A stretch of DNA of 64,000 nt from Oligoflexales bacterium. GTDB taxonomy: Bacteria; Bdellovibrionota_B; Oligoflexia; Oligoflexales; Bog-1112. A program made the translations under genes and the position numbers. Where the stretch lies: the NCBI GenBank assembly GCA_045105515.1, contig JBGCDR010000177.1:32001-96000 (forward strand). The letters are read 5' to 3'. This document shows positions 1 through 8,212 of the stretch, piece by piece. The notes below the pieces were generated by a model. The model was given only the letters and a program-made list of their open reading frames with translations. It had not been told where the DNA came from and did not search any database. Position 1 is the first letter of the stretch; every line of letters starts with the position of its first letter.

Positions 1-718
1 CCTTTTTACTATAACAGCTAAAAATTGCGATTGATTGAGTTGTTTGTTCTCTTCCTGTAAACAAGGATTTTGGAAATGGATTTAGATCATAGTCATATAA
101 TATTCCTTGTTCATTACCATGAGCAATTACTATGAGATTCCTTATCTTGGGGTCTTTTAAGATTGATTTTAATTCCTCAATATCAATGCCATACAGTATA
201 TTCCATTCCAATTTTAGCTCTTTTAAAGAATTTTTGAGCCTTTTTTCTACATTTTTCCCTTCTTTATTTAGGATTGCTAAACGAAAATTTCTAAGTTCTT
301 GATTGAGGTGCCAATCCTTGAATTGGTAGTAGCTCATTTTAGTTCCATAGTTTTCTGAGCTAATAAATGGTTTTTTATAATTTAGGAGAGATACCTTGAT
401 TTTGTTTCTGATAATTTGATTTGCAATTTTTTTACTAGATAATTTTTGTTTATTTAGTTCTTCCCTGCTTGAAAAATGACGTTGCCCAAGACTAATAATT
501 AGGTTGTAAGTATTTGGTCTGATGATCTTGCTTTTTATAGATGGCTTAGAATCATACTCTTCCCCAATCGGTGTGCTTAATTTTTTTGCATGAATAACAA
601 ACGTAATTGGTTCAAGCCATTCTTTAAGTGAAAATACTGGTGAAGAGGAATATGCTTGGGTATTAGGACCTAGAAAGATCATTATTACTAGAATTAGACT
701 TCTTGGTGATTTTAGCAA
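1..718 (-). CDS. Secreted protein with putative clan CD (caspase/CHAT/DUF4347-like) His-Cys peptidase motifs; 3' end runs off the window
   Basis: Manual translation, absent from the ORF track. Open frame from TTG at 718 (SD-like AGGTGGG upstream) to the window edge. N-terminus MLKSPRSLILVIMIFLGPNTQA looks like a signal peptide. Motifs NLIVIAHG (His 119-121) and SIAIFSCY (Cys 14-16). Confidence 0.7.
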   Translation of the reverse strand, partial: MLKSPRSLILVIMIFLGPNTQAYSSSPVFSLKEWLEPITFVIHAKKLSTPIGEEYDSKPSIKSKIIRPNTYNLIISLGQRHFSSREELNKQKLSSKKIANQIIRNKIKVSLLNYKKPFISSENYGTKMSYYQFKDWHLNQELRNFRLAILNKEGKNVEKRLKNSLKELKLEWNILYGIDIEELKSILKDPKIRNLIVIAHGNEQGILYDYDLNPFPKSLFTGREQTTQSIAIFSCYSKK

Positions 719-844
719 TTATACCCACCTTCACCTATCCCTTTAAAAGGGAAGAATAAGTAAGTTCTCGCATGTAGAGAAGTGAGAAGCCAACCTCCCC
801 AGAGGGCTGTAAGCTTCAGCAGCCAAAAAGTTATTAGAAACCGA

Positions 845-1393
845 TTATTTACAGAGCGCCTTGAAAGCAATATCCTTTTCAGAGTCAGAGTAGTCTCCTT
901 GGTTAAGAACTTTCTCGACAAAGTCACGAGAAAGTGCAATCTGACCGTTTACTTTCTCTTTCGGGTCCGTATTTGCATCATTATCTATAATTTCTACTCT
1001 ATTTAGAAGATCTTCTTTACTTATTATTTCTCCCTCGGATCCAATTTTTTTGAATTGTTTTGTTCGTATCTGTAAAGTACCATCGATCACTTTTACACTA
1101 TTCCCTATTTTGTACAATTCACTTTTAAGCAGCATTCCTTCATGAGTCTGAGCTAAGAAGGGTAATTGCTCATCAAAGTTATCTATAAGGGATCCTGAGT
1201 TTAAGATTAGCCCTAAAGGAGGAATAAAAAACAGGCAGATTAGACCAGCAATACAACAATCATGTCTGGTATGGTCATCGTGAGAAAAAGCAGCAATAAT
1301 CAAGGCATCTGCTCTCTGTGTAGGCATCAAAACTTGACTACTTGCTAATATAGTACATGTTAGGGTAAACGACCCAATCATCTTCTTAAGCAT
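845..1393 (-). CDS. Hypothetical exported/membrane protein
   Basis: 182-aa ORF with SD AAGGAG, signal peptide ending ADA, then a hydrophobic segment CCIAGLICLFFIPPLGLIL. Confidence 0.75.
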   Translation of the reverse strand: MLKKMIGSFTLTCTILASSQVLMPTQRADALIIAAFSHDDHTRHDCCIAGLICLFFIPPLGLILNSGSLIDNFDEQLPFLAQTHEGMLLKSELYKIGNSVKVIDGTLQIRTKQFKKIGSEGEIISKEDLLNRVEIIDNDANTDPKEKVNGQIALSRDFVEKVLNQGDYSDSEKDIAFKALCK

Positions 1394-1971
1394 GCGATAC
1401 TCCTTTAATATCGGATTTCCAATTTGTGAAATAAAACTATAACGCGAATTATATAATAATAGTTAAGAACCCATGTCAATTAATAAGCCTTCTAAAAAAA
1501 AAGATTAATAACTACCTATGGTGGAAGAACTAATATAATAGATAAAGTATTTGTGAAAAGATTTTTACATGTTGTTTGCAGCTATTGTATTGGTACTTGA
1601 AGTGGATTTTCTTCAATTGATCCTCTGTTCAAATAGCAAAAATTATATGGTAATCAAAATTTTAAACTCACTAGTTGAAGTAAATTTCGAATGGAAAAAT
1701 GGAGTGTATTTGGTGTTATTAAAGAAACGTTTTTGCAATTAAGTTCTCAATGGATACCTAAAAGTAATTCCAAATCCGAAATTAAAGATCCTGAGCATGC
1801 CGTCAGTTTTGGGATTTAGGATGACTTTGTAAGTGCCTTGTTTTGAGGCAAAGTGCTTTGCTTTTCTTGGCCTATTTTAGGAAAGATTGACCGCTGAAAT
1901 GATGTTGATCTATATCAGTAGTGAGCAGGCGTTGATGCTGTGGTAAAAATTTACATATTTAGGAAGTAGTT

Positions 1972-2346
1972 ATGCCTTACACAACCTACAAGTTTCTTCA
2001 CATTCTCGGAATCCTGGCTGTTTTTATGGCTTGGGGGGCCCTAGCAATTTATCGGTTCAGTGGCGAAAGCAAATTAGGTCCTTCAAAAGCGACCTTTCGA
2101 CTTATCATGCTAACCCACGGTTTAGGCTTGATCTTAGCGCTGGTCGCTGGTTTTGGACTGGTAGCGCGTTTGGGAATTAACGGTCAGTGGCCCTGGTGGA
2201 TAAGTATAAAACTACTAATCTGGCTGATGCTTGGGGCAGGTGTGGTCATGCTTAAGCGATTTCCGCAGCTACTGAGGGTATGGTGGTTTGCTCTTATTGG
2301 CCTGGCATCACTGGCATTGTATCTAGTGGTTTACAAGCCTTTTTGA
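1972..2346 (+). CDS. Small 4-TM membrane protein (SirB2-like)
   Basis: YKFLH N-terminal motif, HGLGL, PWWISIKL and C-terminal YKPF, typical of SirB2/DUF2269-like proteins. Confidence 0.7.
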   Translation: MPYTTYKFLHILGILAVFMAWGALAIYRFSGESKLGPSKATFRLIMLTHGLGLILALVAGFGLVARLGINGQWPWWISIKLLIWLMLGAGVVMLKRFPQLLRVWWFALIGLASLALYLVVYKPF

Positions 2347-2426
2347 AAACGAGCCATTTCAATTGGTCTTGGCTGCTCGGTTTAAATCTATAAGTTTCTG
2401 AAAATATTTATAATTTCTTTGGGGTC

Positions 2427-2459
2427 CCTAGGGCGAAGAATTTACTGCCCTTAGGTTTT
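2427..2459 (+). terminator. Possible intrinsic terminator
   Basis: cctagggc...gccc(t)tagg stem followed by TTTT, downstream of 1972..2346. Confidence 0.4.
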
Positions 2460-2824
2460 GCGGTTAACATCCTAAAATTATATGTGTTATTGGAGTCATG
2501 CTAAAAGTATTAGCCAAGTTTTGTTCATGTTTCTATGCTCTTTATTAAACGAGCTTGATTTTCAAGTGCGTTGATAAACCAAGAGCTTGCCAAACAGGAG
2601 CAAAATATAGATGAGGACGTTACTCCTTAATGATTACTAAAGACCATTCTTACGAAAGATCATCTTAATTGATGAGGCTTGGTGAGTCTAATTTTCCTTT
2701 AAGCTCACTGCTCCTGTATGCCCTCCCAATATGGCGAGAAATCGCTACTCACCTGCCTATATTGGCTCACAAGTGTAAGAATGCAGAGGCTGAAGTTAGG
2801 GGGGATCCCCCTCCCACCTTCAGG

Positions 2825-4120
2825 TTAACGAGTGATGACTCGACATTTGGCATCTATCTCACTTATCTCGTGATTTGGATGACTTAGGAGAACAATACCG
2901 CTCCCGGCGGCATATTCTAAGGAATTAATGGCTCCTGGTTTACTGACAAGGGTTCTTATCAGAATTGATGAGTCGAAAAACCCCGAATCGTCGAGGTAGA
3001 AACAATTTCCCATAAAATAGCCTCTGTTTCTGCCTTCAGATTCAATAATCGCTTTCATTACCTCTTCTTTTGGAGCTCCAGTAATCGAGCCTCCAGGGGC
3101 AAGCTTAGCGAAAAAATCTCGTAAGCTTAATCCGTCTCTTAGATTTGATTTGATGCTAGCTTCAAGATGATAAACTTGCTTGAATGATTTTATTCTCGCT
3201 GCCTCATTTACTTGAACAGTTCCTTTAGCTGATATTTTGTTGAGGTCATTGCGCATTAAATCGACAATCATGTGAAGCTCTTGATGATCCTTTCGACTAT
3301 TTTTTAGCCATTCTAATGCTTCTAAATCTTTTAATTTGTCTTGATCTCTTCCAATGGTTCCCTTGATAGGAAAAGCGATTGCTGAGAGTTTCCCTTGCTG
3401 AGGAAGCAGCTGTACAAATCGTTCCGGGCTGAATGAAATCAGGTTTAGATCACTGAGAGAAAAGATTGCTCCAAAAGGTCCCGCTTGATCAAAAAATCGT
3501 GGGATGAGATCTGTCCTGTTATGCATGCCCGCTACCATAAAATAGCGCAGCAAATTGATTTGGTAGTATCTTCCATTTCTGATATCTGCAATTGCTTCCT
3601 TACATTGATCTAGATAGCTTTCTCTAGATTTATAGGCTTTGAGGTGAAGCTTGGTAATAGCTTGTGAGTAATAGGAATAGAAGCCTTTGCGTTGCAACTG
3701 TTGAAATCTTGATAGAAACATTGAGGCATCAACGGATTGTTTAGTCATTTTGGCTAGGTGAGGATCTTTCCTTTCACATAAGAAAAGACGCAAGCTCTTT
3801 TGATCAAAAACTAAGGTCTTATTGACTCTAAACACTCTCGATGGTCTTTTTTTACTTTCTGTTTTTAGGTAAGGGCAGAATTCATCATAGCTCACTACGC
3901 CCAAATACCCAGAAATAAATGGCAGATCTTGTTCGAATCCTTGTGTATTAAGAGGCAAATCCATAAGTTTTACAAAATCGATTTCGTAAAAACTTATTGG
4001 AAGGATAGTAAAATCGCTATCTCCGCCTAAAAAAAGGAGAGCGAATTCAGAGGGCCAAGCATTGATAATTTGCTCAGGAGGAAAGTATTTTAATTCTTTG
4101 ATAAACGTTTTTTTTTGCAT
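2825..4120 (-). CDS. pabB: Chorismate-binding enzyme, aminodeoxychorismate synthase component I / anthranilate synthase I family
   Basis: Motifs YYQINL, SPERF, PIKGT, ELHMIVDLMRNDL, PGGSITGAPK, ILIRT, AGSGIV. Confidence 0.8.
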   Translation of the reverse strand: MQKKTFIKELKYFPPEQIINAWPSEFALLFLGGDSDFTILPISFYEIDFVKLMDLPLNTQGFEQDLPFISGYLGVVSYDEFCPYLKTESKKRPSRVFRVNKTLVFDQKSLRLFLCERKDPHLAKMTKQSVDASMFLSRFQQLQRKGFYSYYSQAITKLHLKAYKSRESYLDQCKEAIADIRNGRYYQINLLRYFMVAGMHNRTDLIPRFFDQAGPFGAIFSLSDLNLISFSPERFVQLLPQQGKLSAIAFPIKGTIGRDQDKLKDLEALEWLKNSRKDHQELHMIVDLMRNDLNKISAKGTVQVNEAARIKSFKQVYHLEASIKSNLRDGLSLRDFFAKLAPGGSITGAPKEEVMKAIIESEGRNRGYFMGNCFYLDDSGFFDSSILIRTLVSKPGAINSLEYAAGSGIVLLSHPNHEISEIDAKCRVITR

Positions 4121-4215
4121 AGAATAAATCGTCCTTTTACGAACATAGCTTTGCTTATTTAAAAAATATTTTGTTTTTTTTAAAGAGCTTTCATTTTAGG
4201 CAAGGAGAGCGGTAG

Positions 4216-5070
4216 ATGGCGGTAGCAGGTTTTGGTCGCATAGCAGTTGTTGGTGCTGGTCAAATGGGACGTGGAATAGCGCAGGTTTGTGCCTGTCAAG
4301 GAATTGAGGTCTCTTTGATGGACCTTAATGAAAATGTCCTCGAAATCGCAAAAACCAGTATTTTTAAATCAGTAACAAAATTACAATCCAAAGGAATCAT
4401 AAGTGAAAGTGAGATGAAGGCAACTGAGTCGATTGTCTATGTAAATCGCTTTGAAGAATTAGCTGCTCCAGACCTTGTGATTGAAGCGATTGTGGAAAAC
4501 GAGTCCATTAAAAAGGAAGTTTTTTTGAAGCTTGATAATCTACTTCCGAGTAAAACTATTTTTGCTTCAAACACTTCGTCGTTGCCTATAACTCGCTTGG
4601 CTTCTGCTACGAAAAGGCCAGAAATGTTTGTTGGAATGCACTTTATGAACCCAGTGCCCTTAATGAAGCTAGTAGAGGTGATACCAGGTTTAGCCACAAA
4701 GGAAGATATCATACAAAGAATTTCTCATCTTGCTACAGGCCTAGGAAAAGAAGTTTCAATGAGCAAAGATTACCCTGGTTTTGTTGTTAATCGGATTCTT
4801 ATGCCTATGATTAATGAGGCTTTTACCGCATTGATGGAAGGGGTGGCTACTGCTGATGATATCGATAAAGGTATGAAGCTGGGAACCAATCAGCCAATGG
4901 GTCCACTGACTCTCGCTGATTTTATTGGCTTAGATACCTGCCTTGCTATCATGGAAGTTCTATACAAAGGTTTTGGTGATTCTCGGTATCGGCCATCTGC
5001 ACTTCTAAAGCAATATGTGGATGCAGGTTGGCTTGGTCGTAAAACCGGTAGAGGAGTCTATCAGTACTAA
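4216..5070 (+). CDS. hbd: 3-hydroxybutyryl-CoA dehydrogenase
   Basis: GAGQMG Rossmann motif, ASNTSS, GMHFMNPVP, PMGPLTLADFIGLD, LGRKTGRG. Confidence 0.93.
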   Translation: MAVAGFGRIAVVGAGQMGRGIAQVCACQGIEVSLMDLNENVLEIAKTSIFKSVTKLQSKGIISESEMKATESIVYVNRFEELAAPDLVIEAIVENESIKKEVFLKLDNLLPSKTIFASNTSSLPITRLASATKRPEMFVGMHFMNPVPLMKLVEVIPGLATKEDIIQRISHLATGLGKEVSMSKDYPGFVVNRILMPMINEAFTALMEGVATADDIDKGMKLGTNQPMGPLTLADFIGLDTCLAIMEVLYKGFGDSRYRPSALLKQYVDAGWLGRKTGRGVYQY

Positions 5071-5209
5071 CCTTGAGCCCATTGTGTACTTGACCTTTTT
5101 GTTGATGGGACTTAGAAAGGGTTGTGGGTGTCACAAGCGAACTGTTATTTGAGGGCGTGTTTCTAATTCTAGAAGCACAACTATTTCTTCATTATAGGTG
5201 GGCTTCGGT

Positions 5210-5695
5210 ATGCGGAAAATTATTGCAAGATTTCAAAAGGATCTAGGTAAGCTACAGGCAACTTTGCAAAAAGAAAGTAACGACCTTTTGGAGAAAGTAA
5301 AACATTTGGAGCTAATTGATAGCCTTGATATAAAAAAACGCGAGCTTGAGAAGCTTTTTCAAAAGAAATTAAAAAAACTTGAGCCAGCCTATCTTCAATT
5401 TGTTGGAGAGTTGCGCAAAAACGCAAAGAAGGCTGGGATAGATATCGACAAACTTGAAAAAGATATTAAGGGCAAAGCAAATGTTGCCTCAAAGACCATT
5501 AAGAAAACTACTTCGACTCAAAAGAAAAAAGTAAAAGCTGGAACAAAAAAGGCAAAATCAAAGATTTCCAGCACTATAAAAACTGTCAAAAAGAAGGTTG
5601 ACAAAGCTGCTCAAAAGAAAAAAAGTACCACTAAGAAACCTACCAAAAAAACAGTAACAAAAAAGAAAACGACGGGATCGAAGAAAAAAACCTAG
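5210..5695 (+). CDS. Coiled-coil protein with Lys/Thr-rich histone H1-like C-terminal tail
   Basis: Helical N-terminal half, then a tail with KKTT/KKKV/KKPT repeats. ATG 5210 preferred over GTG 5198. Stop lies 2 nt before the mutY ATG. Confidence 0.75.
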   Translation: MRKIIARFQKDLGKLQATLQKESNDLLEKVKHLELIDSLDIKKRELEKLFQKKLKKLEPAYLQFVGELRKNAKKAGIDIDKLEKDIKGKANVASKTIKKTTSTQKKKVKAGTKKAKSKISSTIKTVKKKVDKAAQKKKSTTKKPTKKTVTKKKTTGSKKKT

Positions 5696-5697
5696 AT

Positions 5698-6843
5698 ATG
5701 ACAATCCAAAAAGAATCGCAAATCAAAAATTTCTTAAAAAATACCGAGAATGAAAACTTTACTCATTTACTTGAAATGTCCCCAGTACTTGTAAAATGGT
5801 ATCAAGCGAATAAGCGCCCCTTACCTTGGCGGATGATTTGGGAACAGCACCGTGATCCCTATCATATCTGGGTAAGTGAGGTGATGTTACAGCAGACTAT
5901 CATAAGTGTGGTAATTCCCAAGTATCATAACTTTCTTGAAGCTTTTCCTAGCGTCTATGACTTAGCAAATAGCTGCGATGAAGAGGTAAAAAAAGCTGTG
6001 AGAGGCTTAGGTTACTATCGAAGGTTTTCTATGCTTCATCAGGGGGCTAAGCAAGTAGTGGCTAATTCAAAAGGCAGTGATAGCCCAGTTTGGCCTACGG
6101 ACTTCAAGGCTTGGAAGGAACTTCCAGGTGTCGGAGATTATACAGCCGCTGCAGTAAGTAGCATAGCTTTTGGAGAGGTGCAGGCTGTTGTGGATGGGAA
6201 TGTCGAGCGGGTTTTTTGCCGTTTGTTTGATATACGTCTTCCTCCTAATCTTCCTCTTTTGAAAAATAGTTTTAAAAGACTTGGTAACTTTTGTATCGAT
6301 CGCAAACATCCAGGAGATTTTAATCAGGCCATCATGGAGCTCGGACAGTCCATCTGTACTCCTAGTGAACCATCTTGTGATATATGTCCTGTGAAACGAT
6401 GGTGTCATGCCAGTAACAACGCATCTACAGCTGTTTCACCTGCTCCTAAAATAAAGAAGGAATTTGTAAAACTTGATCTGAACCTGGTCATTTTTCGGAA
6501 GAAAGGGCAGATCGGACTTTTAAAGCGGCCACAGAGTGCCAAGTTTCTCAAAGGTACTGATGGCTTCCTTACCTTGCTTAAGCATGGTGAAACTTTCATT
6601 CCTGACGGTTTTGAAAATCCTTATAAGAATGCTCTAAAGCTACAAAATCTGGGAGTCGTATCCCATAATATTACTAATCACCGCTTGAAGGTTCAGGTAT
6701 CTTCTGCTGACCATAAGAAAGTTCCAAAAGGAAGGGAAGTAGAATGGCTTAAAGCGCCACAAGTTGAGGCGCGGTTGCTGGCAAATTTAGATCGTAAGGC
6801 TTGGAATCTATTCCTGAAGCAGGAGCGGGAGCTGGTAAACTGA
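5698..6843 (+). CDS. mutY: A/G-specific adenine DNA glycosylase
   Basis: LPWR, WVSEVMLQQT, GLGYY, HhH LPGVGDYTA, VDGNVERV and Fe-S motif C-x6-C-x2-C-x5-C. Confidence 0.93.
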   Translation: MTIQKESQIKNFLKNTENENFTHLLEMSPVLVKWYQANKRPLPWRMIWEQHRDPYHIWVSEVMLQQTIISVVIPKYHNFLEAFPSVYDLANSCDEEVKKAVRGLGYYRRFSMLHQGAKQVVANSKGSDSPVWPTDFKAWKELPGVGDYTAAAVSSIAFGEVQAVVDGNVERVFCRLFDIRLPPNLPLLKNSFKRLGNFCIDRKHPGDFNQAIMELGQSICTPSEPSCDICPVKRWCHASNNASTAVSPAPKIKKEFVKLDLNLVIFRKKGQIGLLKRPQSAKFLKGTDGFLTLLKHGETFIPDGFENPYKNALKLQNLGVVSHNITNHRLKVQVSSADHKKVPKGREVEWLKAPQVEARLLANLDRKAWNLFLKQERELVN

Positions 6844-7267
6844 ACCGCCACTTTGAGAATCCCCAGAACATTATTTAAGCTCTGCCTTCGGACATGAGCT
6901 TTACAATAAGAATTTCGCCGCTATCATATACATAGGAATTATTACGATTTGGTATTGCTTTGCTGCAAACCAAAGTTTGCTCTCTCGAAAAATAGAGGGT
7001 CTATCATGTGCTTCTTATTTATTTTATTTTAGTCTTAAAGTTTTGGCGTATTGCTTGGTAATTTGATGGGCAGGGGTTTTTATAGTTTCCCATTGTTCCT
7101 ATTTTTCTAAATGACAACATGGAAGTGTCAGCAATTGTCAAGTGTAAAAAGTTGTGATACATGAACCTATTTGTTAAGGGAAGCCTTTCGTGAGAGGTTC
7201 CAGTGTACCAGCAAAAATAAGATGAGATTTTGCAGTTAAGGATTAAATATGAAGGAGGAGTCACTCA

Positions 7268-8212
7268 GTGATTGAAGTAAGCAAGTTAACCCGGAAGTAT
7301 GGCACCTTTACGGCGGTGAAAGGAGTCTCTTTTTCCATACCTAAAGGTCAAATTGTTGGTCTACTAGGGCACAACGGTGCAGGAAAAACAACGACTCTCA
7401 AGGTCTTGACGGGCTATTTAGAAGCCACTTCTGGAGATGTGACCATTGATGGTAAGGATATCAAGGATCATATGCTTGATATTCAAGCAAGGATTGGTTA
7501 TCTTCCAGAAAACTCCCCTCTTTACCCGGATATGACTGTTGTTCAATACTTAGACTATGTAGCTCAGCTGCGTTCTATGCCCTCAGAATCGATTGGAAGA
7601 GGTATTCGTGAAGCAATTGAAGCTACGGATTTGGGGTCAAAATCAGGTGAAAAAATAGGCACCCTTTCTAAAGGCTATAGGCAGCGGGTCGGAGTTGCTC
7701 AAGCAATCATTCATCGGCCAGATATTCTAGTTCTTGATGAACCAACCAATGGCTTAGATCCGACTCAGATTTTAGCAATGCGTAAGCTTATAAAGGATTT
7801 AAGTCAGTCTGCTACGGTTATTTTGTCGACACATATTATGCAAGAAGTTGAAGCAATTTGTGATCGGGTCATCATTGTTCTGGATGGCAGAATTGTGATT
7901 GATTCTCTTCTAGCTGACCTTAGGAAAGGCAATTGTATTCAAGTCGGACTTAAAGAGAGTATGAACGAGGTTAAGCCGGTCCTATCATCAATCACAGGGA
8001 TTGAGGGAGTAAGCGTCGGCAACAGCTCTATTGAAGGAATCAATCAATACGTTGTGGAAGCTAAAGGCGATGATCCTGCTATCGCGGCAAGTGTGGCTAA
8101 AGCTGTGGTCGACAATGGGTGGTCATTGTATGCCCTACATAGGGATCAAAGGGATCTAGAAACCGTCTTTAGAGAAGCAAACAGTGGATCAAAAGGAGCT
8201 GCTCATGTCTAA
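7268..8212 (+). CDS. ABC transporter ATP-binding protein, GldA-like
   Basis: Walker A GHNGAGKTT, signature LSKGYRQR, Walker B LVLDEPT, H-loop STH. SD AGGAGG before GTG. Confidence 0.92.
   Translation: MIEVSKLTRKYGTFTAVKGVSFSIPKGQIVGLLGHNGAGKTTTLKVLTGYLEATSGDVTIDGKDIKDHMLDIQARIGYLPENSPLYPDMTVVQYLDYVAQLRSMPSESIGRGIREAIEATDLGSKSGEKIGTLSKGYRQRVGVAQAIIHRPDILVLDEPTNGLDPTQILAMRKLIKDLSQSATVILSTHIMQEVEAICDRVIIVLDGRIVIDSLLADLRKGNCIQVGLKESMNEVKPVLSSITGIEGVSVGNSSIEGINQYVVEAKGDDPAIAASVAKAVVDNGWSLYALHRDQRDLETVFREANSGSKGAAHV

Noticed and set aside
712..1006. ORFs 712..939(-) and 782..1006(+)
   Set aside because: They overlap the better-supported 845..1393 gene and the edge ORF, and show no motifs.
1569..1820. 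Short ORFs of about 57 and 42 codons in the intergenic gap
   Set aside because: No convincing SD or recognisable motif; expected by chance.
2669..2887. 72-aa plus-strand ORF
   Set aside because: It overlaps the pabB 3' end antisense and lacks an SD; hairpin structure explains the region better.
5490..5695. Tandem DNA repeat or array in the A-rich Lys codons
   Set aside because: Low-complexity coding sequence with no fixed-period repeat unit.
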